DNA from: a virus
Taxonomy: Duplodnaviria > Caudoviricetes
Virus record (IMG/VR): IMGVR_UViG_3300017716_000389
Coordinates: 1 to 34,212 of that record
Length of the DNA: 34,212 nt
Direction: 5' to 3' (one strand)
Shown here: positions 1 to 9,563 of the stretch, one piece after another
Layout: each line of letters starts with the position of its first letter
Position numbering within the stretch: position 1 is the stretch's first letter
Made by a program: the position numbers and the translations under genes
The notes under the pieces: generated by a model
Database searches by the model: none
Seen by the model: only the letters and a program-made list of their open reading frames with translations
Told to the model about the DNA's origin: nothing

Positions 1-95
1 AGAGAAAACAGCCGAGGGGACACTCTTCCGCAGGGAGAGTTAAAAGAGAGGGGGATTAAGGTTTTACCAACCCCATGTTATTAACTTTTACGGAC

Positions 96-104
96 TGTGG
101 ATAA
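96..104 (-). promoter_or_regulatory. DnaA box (TTATCCACA)
   Basis: TGTGGATAA on + strand, perfect consensus; clusters with three boxes at 34117-34149 across the junction. Confidence 0.6.
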
Positions 105-142
105 CTTTTCTCCAATATTAAAAAAAACTATCAAATAAAAAA

Positions 143-619
143 ATGGCAACCAACAACAAACTACCTGCTGAAGTTCATGCGGTTCATGGCAGTCGAGGAA
201 TGAATGCGGGAATCCTAATTCCTGAAAAATTAAAAAACAGAATTCCCTTTGCTGAATGGGCAAAAAATCCTGCGTCATTTAGCAAGCAAAGATTTGTAGA
301 TGAAACGGCACAATATCTTTTTGACATCTACGGAATTGGCACAGACCAAGATCGTCACACGCTAACAATGTTGGCAGATCAAATGCAGACATACATCGAT
401 GCAAGATCAGAGCAAGACAAACAACCGTTAGTAGTTGAAATAAATAACGGCAAAACATTGTGCGCCAATCCTTATATCGGCATTGCAAATAAAGCAATGG
501 AGAATTGCATCAAGCTAATGAACGAATTAGGGCTAACGCCTAAATCAAGATTAGCGGCAAACAAGTTAGAAGATAGTTCACCACTGGCTGACTTTCTTAA
601 AGGTTGGCAACCACAATGA
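143..619 (+). CDS. terS: Terminase small subunit (P27 family)
   Basis: NPYIGIANKA...ELGLTPKSR C-terminal motif typical of P27-type TerS; directly upstream of TerL. Confidence 0.92.
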   Translation: MATNNKLPAEVHAVHGSRGMNAGILIPEKLKNRIPFAEWAKNPASFSKQRFVDETAQYLFDIYGIGTDQDRHTLTMLADQMQTYIDARSEQDKQPLVVEINNGKTLCANPYIGIANKAMENCIKLMNELGLTPKSRLAANKLEDSSPLADFLKGWQPQ

Positions 620-2277
620 AATGGCAAGATGGCGTTATCTACGCCACACAAGTAGTGAAGGGTGAAATACTAGTTTGTCGTAATGTATTGCTTGCGTGTC
701 AACGGTTCTTAAACCAAATAGAAAACAAGGAATGGGAATGGGAGTTTCAACCTGCGGCAGTTGACCATTTCCTGCAATTTGCATCTTTACTTAAACACGC
801 TAAAGGTGCGGATGCAGGCAAACCACTTTTACTTGAACCATTTCAAATCCTACTAATCTGCGGCATCTATGGCTTTTGGTCTAAGAAGGATAAGACAAAG
901 CGCATGGTGTCGGATGTGATTGTTTTCATTCCTCGCAAGGCAGGCAAATCTACTTTGATTGCTGTCATTGGTCTTTATGAATTAATGTTTGGTGAAAAAG
1001 GTTCTGAGGTATATACACTAGCGACAAGCAGAGATCAGGCAAGCATTGTATTTACTAGCGCATTAGGTTTGATTGAATCAATGCCTCAAGAAGTACAGAA
1101 ATTGTATAACGTACAAAAACACCACATTACAAAGATAGGCGATTCGCAATCAATGTTTAAAGCATTGTCGCGTGATACTAAAAAAAGTGGCGATGGTTTA
1201 AATCCATCATGCGCTATTGTTGATGAAGCTGCACAGATTATAGATAGAAACTCAATTGAGGTTTTGCATTCAGGTATGGTTGCGCGAAAGAACCCACTAC
1301 GCATTTACATTACCACTGCCAGTTTTACTAAAGATACAAAGTTTCATGAAGATATGTTGATGTTGCAAACCATGCTATCCGGCGAAGCACCAGACAACCC
1401 TAAGTGGTTTGGTTTGTTGTATGGCTTAGACCCGCAAGATGATTGGCAGAATCCTACGATATGGGCAAAGGCAAACCCTATGCATGGCATATCTGTATTT
1501 GAAGAAGCTATTGTTGCAAGGGCGAATGAAGCTAAATTTAAACCTGCAACCCTAAATGAATTTCTTTGTAAAACTCTTAATGTATTTGTAAGCGCAAACT
1601 CTGCATGGCTTGATCGTACCCATTGGGATGAATGCACAAAAGCAAAAGAAGATAGAGAACCTGAAGCTGTGTTTATTGGTTTTGACTTAGCAGCAACGCG
1701 AGATTTAAATGCAGTTTGTACATTGAAACGATTTGGTGAAGATGATTACTTTGCAGAGTTTAAATTTTTCTTACCTGAAGAAGCATTAAACCATGTGCCG
1801 CAGCATTATCACGATATATTTAGAAACGCTAAAGATTCAGGAATATTGCATTTGACACAAGGCAATGTAATGGATGATCGAGAGATTAGCGAATACATTA
1901 AACAGCAAGCAGGTAAGTATGATGTTAAAGAGATTGGTTACGATGCCTACAATGCAGCAAGTTTGATTGCACGATTACACGATCAAGCAATGCCAGTTAA
2001 AAAAGTTGGGCAGGGCATGGCGGTATTAAGCAACCCGTCAAAGCATTTAGAAAAGTTAATTTTAAGCAAGAATGTTAAACATGATGGCAACCCATTCTTA
2101 GGTTGGCAGCTAGGAAATTGCGAAGTGTATGAAGATGTCAACGGAAACATAAAGATTCGTAAGAATGAAGCAGATAAATCTGCGAAAGTTGATGGTATTA
2201 TTGCGCTAATTATTGCCATGCATTGTTCATTAGATCATCCAGTAGATCATGGCGGGTATGGATTCAGAACATTTTGA
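616..2277 (+). CDS. terL: Terminase large subunit
   Basis: LEPFQ motif, Walker A IPRKAGKS, Walker B AIVDE, nuclease GFDLA and KVDGIIALI; ATG at 616 overlaps terS stop (ATGA). Confidence 0.97.
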   Translation: MKWQDGVIYATQVVKGEILVCRNVLLACQRFLNQIENKEWEWEFQPAAVDHFLQFASLLKHAKGADAGKPLLLEPFQILLICGIYGFWSKKDKTKRMVSDVIVFIPRKAGKSTLIAVIGLYELMFGEKGSEVYTLATSRDQASIVFTSALGLIESMPQEVQKLYNVQKHHITKIGDSQSMFKALSRDTKKSGDGLNPSCAIVDEAAQIIDRNSIEVLHSGMVARKNPLRIYITTASFTKDTKFHEDMLMLQTMLSGEAPDNPKWFGLLYGLDPQDDWQNPTIWAKANPMHGISVFEEAIVARANEAKFKPATLNEFLCKTLNVFVSANSAWLDRTHWDECTKAKEDREPEAVFIGFDLAATRDLNAVCTLKRFGEDDYFAEFKFFLPEEALNHVPQHYHDIFRNAKDSGILHLTQGNVMDDREISEYIKQQAGKYDVKEIGYDAYNAASLIARLHDQAMPVKKVGQGMAVLSNPSKHLEKLILSKNVKHDGNPFLGWQLGNCEVYEDVNGNIKIRKNEADKSAKVDGIIALIIAMHCSLDHPVDHGGYGFRTF

Positions 2278-2287
2278 GGGTTAAATC

Positions 2288-3688
2288 ATGGCTTTATTAG
2301 ATATTTTTAACAGAAAAAATAAGAACCAAAAAGAATCTAATACGTTATTTGGGCAAACTGCGCTTGGTAATAATGTGCTGCGTAATACAGGTTCAGCACA
2401 AGCACTACAGCAAATGCTGTATGTGACCACATCTAGTGCAACGCAAGCAGGGCGCATTGTCGATATGTCGGTGCTGTCACGCAATAGTACGGTCATGGCT
2501 TGTTTAGCAGTTAAGGCAAGAGCATTATCACAGTTGCCAATACAGATAATGACTTATGACAAAGATGATAATTACGTTAATGCTTGTCATGATTCTACAA
2601 CTCCAAGAGATAAAATTAAGGCGCGGCAAGTTTATAGTTTACTGACCAACCCAAACAACTTCCAAAGCCAATACGAATTTTGGTATCAGTTCTCGATGTG
2701 GTTAGATATGGCAGGCGAATGCTACACAGTGCTGTGGCGTAAAGACCAAACCAAATCAGATCAAACGCCATTAGAGATGTATGTATTAGATGCAACTTTA
2801 ATCACTACACAGTTAACAGAAACACGTTACCCAATGTATGTGCTGTCATCACCAAGCTATGGGTTCTCAAAGAATCAACCGCTAGATTATTGGCAAGTAA
2901 TTCATTTAATGGAAATGGGTTGGCAAGGTTCAGGCGGTTGGAATAAAGGAACATTGCTTGCGGAGTTGGTCGGCTTAGATCAAGACATTGATTTATATGC
3001 AAACTACGTTATGCAAAACGGCGCAAAGCCAAGCGGTTTGTTTGTCACAGATCAAGTTATTCCTGATTCAAAATATAAAGAGATTGCCGCACGATTAAAA
3101 GAAGGTTGGTCACAGTTAACAGGTTCAAGACCAACTGACCCATCAAAACCCGGTCAAGGTATGTTGCTAGACAATGGCATGAAGTATATGCCTGTCGATA
3201 TGCTTTCAATTCAGGATGCAGATTTAGCTGCGTTGAAAGAACAAACTATGAAACGAATTTGCGGCGTGTTTGGTGTACCGCCACAAATGATTAGTGTTGG
3301 TGAAGGTAAGTTTAACAATACACAATCAATGCTAGATGAATTCTATAAAAGCACAATGTCACCATTGCTGACTAACATAGAACAAAAATTAAAAATGAGT
3401 TTGTTACAAGGATTTCCAAACTTATACATTCAATTCCAAACCGAAAACTTTTTAAAGGGTGCGCCACTTGACCAAATGAATTATTCTGTGGCGGGTGTCA
3501 ACGCAGGAATTTTTACGCCTAATGAAGCAAGAAAGTATTTGGGGCTTGCAGAAATTGATGATAGTATTGCCAACAGTTTAAATAAATCTAGCAGCAAACA
3601 AGAACCCTTTGCAGGTTCACCACAAGATACAGGCGGCGGCGGCAATACCAGTGCAGTTGGTAAAACTGGCAGAGCAGGCAAAGCATGA
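2288..3688 (+). CDS. Portal protein, HK97 family
   Basis: NPNNFQSQYEFW, NGAKPSG, ICGVFGVPP, GIFTPNEARKYLGL motifs; follows TerL; GAGG upstream. Confidence 0.95.
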   Translation: MALLDIFNRKNKNQKESNTLFGQTALGNNVLRNTGSAQALQQMLYVTTSSATQAGRIVDMSVLSRNSTVMACLAVKARALSQLPIQIMTYDKDDNYVNACHDSTTPRDKIKARQVYSLLTNPNNFQSQYEFWYQFSMWLDMAGECYTVLWRKDQTKSDQTPLEMYVLDATLITTQLTETRYPMYVLSSPSYGFSKNQPLDYWQVIHLMEMGWQGSGGWNKGTLLAELVGLDQDIDLYANYVMQNGAKPSGLFVTDQVIPDSKYKEIAARLKEGWSQLTGSRPTDPSKPGQGMLLDNGMKYMPVDMLSIQDADLAALKEQTMKRICGVFGVPPQMISVGEGKFNNTQSMLDEFYKSTMSPLLTNIEQKLKMSLLQGFPNLYIQFQTENFLKGAPLDQMNYSVAGVNAGIFTPNEARKYLGLAEIDDSIANSLNKSSSKQEPFAGSPQDTGGGGNTSAVGKTGRAGKA

Positions 3689-3816
3689 AACCAAATCAAT
3701 CGCAATCAAAGCAAAAACAGATTGCCGACAAAATAAAACAAGCTGCGGACAAGCGAGTTAAAAAGCCAATGCAGGCAAATGGCATGAAACAAAAAAAGGT
3801 GATTTTCCATGACTAA
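3685..3816 (+). CDS. Small basic hypothetical protein (43 aa), not in ORF track
   Basis: MKPNQSQSKQKQIADKIKQAADKRVKKPMQANGMKQKKVIFHD; ATGA overlap with portal stop and overlaps protease start. Confidence 0.55.
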   Translation: MKPNQSQSKQKQIADKIKQAADKRVKKPMQANGMKQKKVIFHD

Positions 3817-4606
3817 AAATGTCACATTTATTTTTGAATCCCAAGTTGCGCTTGGCATATCTGCCGATGAATCAATGGATTCAATGGGCAAGATTGAAGC
3901 AATGCTTACCACTTGGGGTGCGCGAGAAGGTGCAGACGGTCGCAAGTTTAACTATCAGCCTGAAGCATTTAAACAGTGGGCAAAAGAATTTGCTGCAATG
4001 GGTAAACCACTGCCAATGTATTTCCAACATAACGATCAATCAATGCCTGTTGGTCAATGGGATGAGTTTGAATTTACCGATGACGGTATGATTGGCAAAG
4101 GCAATATCTTTGTTAATACAAGCGCAGGAAAAGATTTATACACGATCATGAAAGAATCGCCAATGATGGTTGGTGGTGTTTCTGTTGGCGCATATGCAGA
4201 CGAATATGAAATGGTAGATGCTGAAGGTAATATGCTTCAAGCAGGCATTGATGCCGATGAAGATGGTTATTTCAGCATTACTAAAGGTGGATTGGCTGAA
4301 GTGTCAATCGTCATGAACCCAAACAACCCGATGGCAAATATTAGCAAGCTAGAATATTTCCGCGAAGATGGTTCATTTAATTTAAAAGTATTTGAGAAAG
4401 CTCTGCGCGAAGCGGGGATTTCGAAAAAAGATGCGACTATTGCCGCGTCTATTTTTGGCAAGGCAACCGCAAAACGTGATGTTGAAACGGTTAATGTCGA
4501 ACCGACTACCGAAATGCGCGATGCTGAATCGGATGCGGCAAAAGAGTTTTTAGAGTATCTTGAACAAAGAGATTTGCTCAAGGCTTTAGAAACACGCTTA
4601 TCTTAA
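3809..4606 (+). CDS. Prohead maturation protease (HK97/S78 type)
   Basis: PMYFQHN (His), GGVSVG (Ser), LAEVSIVMNPNNPMA; C-terminal FEKALREAGISK. Confidence 0.92.
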   Translation: MTKNVTFIFESQVALGISADESMDSMGKIEAMLTTWGAREGADGRKFNYQPEAFKQWAKEFAAMGKPLPMYFQHNDQSMPVGQWDEFEFTDDGMIGKGNIFVNTSAGKDLYTIMKESPMMVGGVSVGAYADEYEMVDAEGNMLQAGIDADEDGYFSITKGGLAEVSIVMNPNNPMANISKLEYFREDGSFNLKVFEKALREAGISKKDATIAASIFGKATAKRDVETVNVEPTTEMRDAESDAAKEFLEYLEQRDLLKALETRLS

Positions 4607-4624
4607 TTTTTAATAGGAATAATC

Positions 4625-5980
4625 ATGTTAGATAAAATCACTGAAAAGCTAGATTCAATTGAATCTAAAGTTAAAGCAGAAACCGAAGCAATGGTTACTG
4701 AAAAAATCGCTGAAGCAACTGCACAAGTTGAAGCTGCTAAAGCAGAGTTCGCTGAAAAAGTTTCCGCACTAGAAGCAAAGGTTTCCCAAGTTGGTACGCC
4801 TTCAATCATTCGTGCAAATGCAGGCGTAATGGTTGACGTAAATCGTAAAGTTGCAGAACAACTTTCCGCATTTTACAAATCTAATGCTCGCATGGAAAAA
4901 GAAGTTAAGTTGTTTGAAGATGCTGCACAGTATGATGCTTTCCAAAAAGAAGCATCTGCACTGACAGGCGGCGGTAACAATCAAGGTGGTCGTACTGCTT
5001 ATGACCCTGTATTCGCACCACTGCGTTTGGCTAACCCAATGCGCGGCGTATCACGCGAAGTTGCAACCGATGGTTCTTCATATCAATTTCGTAGCAAAAT
5101 TGGCAACAGTGGCGCGGCATGGGGGTACTCTATTCAAAACAATGGTGCAGCTACAACCGAAGACACAACCATATGGCAATTAGTGCTGCAAGATTTGAAC
5201 GTACAGTTCCCAATTCGTACCGCAGCATTGGATGATATTGATGGTTTAGAAGCTAATGTTGTTTCAGATATGCTTGTTGAGTTTTCACAATCACAGGCAC
5301 TTTCAATGATCCAGAATAATGATCAGGCTGCACAATCTGTTTCTAATCCTTATGGTGGCACAAATGGTTTACGTGGACTTGATAGTTATGCGGGTGCGGC
5401 AGCTACTTATGCAGGCGGTTCAGTTACTACTGCTGCCTTTGGTACTTCTGGCACTGGCTCTAGTAGTGGTTTGCATTCGCTTGCTACTTATGACCAACTC
5501 ACTACCAACGCTAACACTGTCGGCGCGGCGAACATTACTTACAAAGACGTTATAAATTTTGTATATTCACTGCCACAGGAATATTGGACACCAACAACCA
5601 AGTTTGTAATTAATCCAGTATTGCTGCAACAGATTCGCGGTTTAACTGACGATCAAAAACGCCCAATCTATGTTGATGGCTTGGCTCGCAATGACGGTAT
5701 TGTTGGTACATTGCTTGGCTTTGATGTTGTTGTTAATAAGTATCTTGACACACCATCACAATTAACAACTGGCGCGGCAGGTACAAACAGTTTATATCCA
5801 ATGTATTTTGCTGATTGGTCACGTTTCCACACTATCGTAGATCGTTTAAGCATGGTTCTGCGTAGATATGACCAGACCCTTCCCGGTTTTATAACTTTCT
5901 TTGGCGAAACTCGTCTAGCATCCAGTGTAGTTAACCCTTTTTCGGGTGTACGTTATCGTTCAACTGGCACATCAACCTAA
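4625..5980 (+). CDS. Major capsid protein 1, HK97 fold with N-terminal coiled-coil scaffold (delta) domain
   Basis: ~105-aa E/K/A-rich helical N-terminus; FVINP..LQQIRGLTD, GTLLGFDVV, FADWSRF..IVDR motifs; AGGA RBS; follows protease. Confidence 0.93.
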   Translation: MLDKITEKLDSIESKVKAETEAMVTEKIAEATAQVEAAKAEFAEKVSALEAKVSQVGTPSIIRANAGVMVDVNRKVAEQLSAFYKSNARMEKEVKLFEDAAQYDAFQKEASALTGGGNNQGGRTAYDPVFAPLRLANPMRGVSREVATDGSSYQFRSKIGNSGAAWGYSIQNNGAATTEDTTIWQLVLQDLNVQFPIRTAALDDIDGLEANVVSDMLVEFSQSQALSMIQNNDQAAQSVSNPYGGTNGLRGLDSYAGAAATYAGGSVTTAAFGTSGTGSSSGLHSLATYDQLTTNANTVGAANITYKDVINFVYSLPQEYWTPTTKFVINPVLLQQIRGLTDDQKRPIYVDGLARNDGIVGTLLGFDVVVNKYLDTPSQLTTGAAGTNSLYPMYFADWSRFHTIVDRLSMVLRRYDQTLPGFITFFGETRLASSVVNPFSGVRYRSTGTST

Positions 5981-5990
5981 CTTTTGGTTG

Positions 5991-6023
5991 CCCCTATCAG
6001 AATGTACTGGTAGGGGTTTTTTT
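5991..6023 (+). terminator. Rho-independent terminator between the two capsid genes
   Basis: CCCCTATCAG-aatgta-CTGGTAGGGG stem (one G-U) followed by TTTTTTT. Confidence 0.85.
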
Positions 6024-6040
6024 GTTTAGGAATGGAAAAT

Positions 6041-7078
6041 ATGAAAGCCAACGAAAAAATCCTTTCAGGTATTAAACAGACGCTAGAAACTGGCGATAAG
6101 ATCACCATTGACTTGCGCGAAGCATCTGCGCTTACTGGAAGCGGTAACAATGTTGGTGGTCGTACTTTATTTGATGATGCTTTTGCTGCAATGCGATTTG
6201 CAAATCCAATTCGTCAAAAAGCAAGAATAGTAAAAAGAGCGGGTCAAAGTGCTATTCAATTTGTAGCTAAAACTGGTAACGCAGCTAATCAAACAAATCC
6301 GTTTGGATACACGTTTACCGCAGATAGCGGAACGCCAAACACAAACACAACAATCTGGCAATTGCCAACGCGAGTTATTACCGCACAACTTCCAGTTCGT
6401 AGCGCGGTCTTGTCGGATGTAAACTATTTAGATGAAACATTAGTTGCTGATTTAATGGCTGAATTTGGTGCTATTGAAGCGCAGTCAATGATTATCAATA
6501 ATGACCAAGCAGGTTCAACAACCACAAGCACAGGCGGCACAAACGGTTTGCGCGGTTTAAATATGTACACTAGTGCGGCTTCTTCTGCTTATGGCACAAG
6601 CGGCACAGCAATCACTAATGGTATTCACAGCATTGCAACTTACACTCAAGCGGCGGCGGCAGTTTCTTATTCTGACATTACAGATTTAACTCGTTTATTT
6701 CCTGCACAATATTGGAACACGCCAAGCACCGCATGGATGATGCACCCACAAACTATTCATGAATTGCGAAATTTAACTGCTACTGGCGGTAATCTTACAA
6801 GGCAATTTACTGAAAATGGTGATGCTTTTGGTGGCGCAGTAACTCATATTTTTGGATTCCCTGTAATACCAAATCCATACATGGAAACAACTGGTGCAGG
6901 TAAATTTAATATTTACTTAGCGTCATGGGAAAATTTTGTAACGATTGCTGACGTTGAAGAAATGACGATACAAGCATTTGAACAAACTGCGCCCGGTTTT
7001 ATTACACTGTATGCAGAACGCCGTTTAGCAAGCACAGTTCGTGACCCGTTTGCAGGTATTCGCTTAGTAGGTGTTTAA
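6041..7078 (+). CDS. Capsid protein 2 (HK97-fold paralogue with short propeptide)
   Basis: Collinear with capsid 1 from EASALTG onward (NND, GGTNGLRGL, HS.ATY.Q, WMMHP, IFGFPV, QT.PGFIT); start 6041 or 6032. Confidence 0.9.
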   Translation: MKANEKILSGIKQTLETGDKITIDLREASALTGSGNNVGGRTLFDDAFAAMRFANPIRQKARIVKRAGQSAIQFVAKTGNAANQTNPFGYTFTADSGTPNTNTTIWQLPTRVITAQLPVRSAVLSDVNYLDETLVADLMAEFGAIEAQSMIINNDQAGSTTTSTGGTNGLRGLNMYTSAASSAYGTSGTAITNGIHSIATYTQAAAAVSYSDITDLTRLFPAQYWNTPSTAWMMHPQTIHELRNLTATGGNLTRQFTENGDAFGGAVTHIFGFPVIPNPYMETTGAGKFNIYLASWENFVTIADVEEMTIQAFEQTAPGFITLYAERRLASTVRDPFAGIRLVGV

Positions 7079-7080
7079 TT

Positions 7081-7740
7081 ATGCCAGTTCAAGAAACAGG
7101 TTTAGGATTTGTTCAACTTGCGCCTACTCGCAATCCGTTCAATTATGATTGGTTTGAACAGACCAACCGTAATATTGCGACTGCGTGGTTAACGCTTACT
7201 GAAATTAGAAATCAATTAAACCTGTATTCTGACACTAGCCAAGACACATATTTAACTGCATTGGAATTAGCAATACGAATGGCGATTGAAGATTATTTAG
7301 GTCTTGCAATTACTAGCGTTCAATACAAAGTTTATTATGGTGCATCTGCTTTATATGGCTCACCACTGTCACTTGATTTGCCTGAAACATCACAAGGCGG
7401 CGTGACAATTAATTCAGTTGCTTATTACAACGATGCAACGCCAACAGTATTAACTACGGTAAACCAAGCTAATTATTATTATGACCCTACAGGGCAAAAG
7501 ATAATTGTTACAGATTTGCCGACATCAATTAATCCGCAAATGACTTCACCTGTCATTGCTACTTATACGCTTGCGGCATCATCATTAGCAACTTACCCAG
7601 TTATAAAACAAGCGGGTTTATTGTGGTTTACGCATTTATACAATAACCGTTCCGCAGTTGGTGATACGGTTGGGCAATTGGCACAGATACCATTAGGTGT
7701 GGATACATTGCTTAGACCATATAAACCATTGGTGATGTGA
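7081..7740 (+). CDS. Head-tail connector/adaptor (HK97 gp6/SPP1 gp15-like)
   Basis: LTLTEIRNQL..DTYL..L; IKQAGLLWFTHLYNNR..V; IPLGVDTLLRPYK. Confidence 0.88.
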   Translation: MPVQETGLGFVQLAPTRNPFNYDWFEQTNRNIATAWLTLTEIRNQLNLYSDTSQDTYLTALELAIRMAIEDYLGLAITSVQYKVYYGASALYGSPLSLDLPETSQGGVTINSVAYYNDATPTVLTTVNQANYYYDPTGQKIIVTDLPTSINPQMTSPVIATYTLAASSLATYPVIKQAGLLWFTHLYNNRSAVGDTVGQLAQIPLGVDTLLRPYKPLVM

Positions 7741-8081
7741 TGGTTAAAAGATATGAAGATGTGAATGTTTATGACCTTACATTTACCACAAATGAATATG
7801 GCGAAGCAGTCACAACTAAAACTTTAAAATTTAATAGCAAAGCTGAAGTTAAAGAAGTTAAAAACGATTTAAAGATTACTGATAAATATCGCGTTTATAC
7901 TGGCATGATTAATTTTGTTTTTAATTTTACGCCGTACACACGCGACATTTACGATAATCAAAACTTGTATTCAATCACATGGCGCAACTTAGATTGGCGC
8001 ATTGATAGCGCAATTGAATCAAATGATAGGATGCACGTTACATTTTTGTGTTACCACAATGACCCATCAACGGCGATTTAA
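7740..8081 (+). CDS. Head closure / head-tail joining protein (SPP1 gp16-like)
   Basis: NEYGE N-terminal motif, ITWRNLDWRI; size and position. Confidence 0.75.
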   Translation: MVKRYEDVNVYDLTFTTNEYGEAVTTKTLKFNSKAEVKEVKNDLKITDKYRVYTGMINFVFNFTPYTRDIYDNQNLYSITWRNLDWRIDSAIESNDRMHVTFLCYHNDPSTAI

Positions 8082-8083
8082 TT

Positions 8084-8500
8084 ATGGCTACACAAAATAA
8101 TGTTTTAGATTATGCAAAGGCGATACAAGCACAGCTAACCACAACTGCAAACCCTGTGCCAGTGTATGGTTCTTTCAACAGAAATTTTGCTTCACAACAA
8201 AAGTTTATAACATGGAATTTGCGTAATGTGCATCAAGATGTTTACACAGGCACAACGCAATCGGTGAAGGGTATAGACAGACCTATATTCCAAACCAATA
8301 TATATGCAGGCACATTGCAAGATGCGTTTGGCATAGCAAACACGATAATACAAGCATTGCATGGATACAGTGGGCAGTTTGGTGGGGTAACTGGTTTTTA
8401 TATTAGTAAACTTGATATTGATTTTCTTTATAATACATATGAGAACGATATAAATTTACATTCCATTTACCTTGATTGCACAATGGATATTCCGACATAA
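8084..8500 (+). CDS. Tail terminator/completion protein (DUF3168-like)
   Basis: FQTNIYA...A..IA..I..ALHGY pattern; immediately before tail tube genes. Confidence 0.75.
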   Translation: MATQNNVLDYAKAIQAQLTTTANPVPVYGSFNRNFASQQKFITWNLRNVHQDVYTGTTQSVKGIDRPIFQTNIYAGTLQDAFGIANTIIQALHGYSGQFGGVTGFYISKLDIDFLYNTYENDINLHSIYLDCTMDIPT

Positions 8501-8531
8501 GACAGACTTTTAACTTTTTCGAGGATAAATC

Positions 8532-9026
8532 ATGGCATTACCAAATAGAGTTCTTCCCGGATTTGCTGCGATACTTTACGCACAACCTTCGGCAACCCCT
8601 ACTGCATTAACGCTTGCTCAATTATCGACATTAGCTAACGTAGCTGCAATTGCTATTAGCGGCAATCAATTACCAGTTGAATCTATTCCTGCATTCGGAC
8701 AGGATGACGGTGTTGTAAATTACGCAGTTGCAGGTTCGCGTCAATCTGACAAGATACCAGTGCAATCAGCACCAACATCTTTATCCGTTACTGCCGCATG
8801 GAATCCTTCTGATTCAATGTTGTTATTAATGCGTGGCGATGCTTATAGTGGAATTGTAGATCGCACATTTGTTATTGCTGCGGTAGATGGCGCAAACATT
8901 GTTTATTATGCATTCAATGGTCGTGTTTCTGAATTCCAAATACAAAGTGATCCCAGTGCTGAAGCTAAGTGCGTTTTCACAATTCATCCTCGCGGCAACC
9001 AATACGGTTGGTCAAATAACGTATAA
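8532..9026 (+). CDS. Tail tube (major tail) protein, copy 1
   Basis: Position; IPAFG...V.Y, SLSVTAAWNP, YAFNGRVSEFQ beta-sandwich pattern; GAGGA RBS. Confidence 0.85.
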   Translation: MALPNRVLPGFAAILYAQPSATPTALTLAQLSTLANVAAIAISGNQLPVESIPAFGQDDGVVNYAVAGSRQSDKIPVQSAPTSLSVTAAWNPSDSMLLLMRGDAYSGIVDRTFVIAAVDGANIVYYAFNGRVSEFQIQSDPSAEAKCVFTIHPRGNQYGWSNNV

Positions 9027-9038
9027 AGGAAATTTATC

Positions 9039-9557
9039 ATGGCTATACCTAATAGAGTTCTACCCGGATTTGCTGCTTCGTTATTTATGCAAACAGGCGC
9101 AACCCCAACAACATTAACAACTGCAAATTTATCTGTATGGTCTGCACAAGTTGCAACTATTGTTGGCACTAGCGCAGGCGGCACAGGCGCGGCGGGTACA
9201 TTAGTTCCTGTTGAAAGCATACCCGCATTCGGACAGGATGATGGCGTAGTTAACTATTCGGTCGCGGGTTCACGCCAATCCGATAAGATTCCAGTACAGT
9301 CTGCACCAACTTCTTTGTCGGTAACGGCTGCGTGGAATCCTTCTGATGCTGCATTGTTGCTGATTCGTGGTGATGCTTATAGCGGCATTGTTGATCGCAC
9401 TTTTGTAGTTGCTGCGGTGGATGGTGCAAACACAATTGCTTATGCTTTTAATGGTCGTGTTTCTGAATTTCAGATTCAATCTGATCCCGGCGCAGAAGCT
9501 AAATGTGTCTTTACGATACATCCGCGTGGCAACCAATACGGTTGGTCGAACAACTAA
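9039..9557 (+). CDS. Tail tube (major tail) protein, copy 2
   Basis: Paralogue of 8532-9026, 9 differences over the C-terminal 116 aa by hand alignment; AAGGA RBS. Confidence 0.85.
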   Translation: MAIPNRVLPGFAASLFMQTGATPTTLTTANLSVWSAQVATIVGTSAGGTGAAGTLVPVESIPAFGQDDGVVNYSVAGSRQSDKIPVQSAPTSLSVTAAWNPSDAALLLIRGDAYSGIVDRTFVVAAVDGANTIAYAFNGRVSEFQIQSDPGAEAKCVFTIHPRGNQYGWSNN

Positions 9558-9563
9558 AACAAT

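Noticed and set aside
8532-9557. Tail-tube duplication as DGR template/variable repeat or assembly duplicate
   Set aside because: Differences are mostly synonymous and not adenine-specific; no reverse transcriptase in the window; too diverged for a simple duplicate contig error
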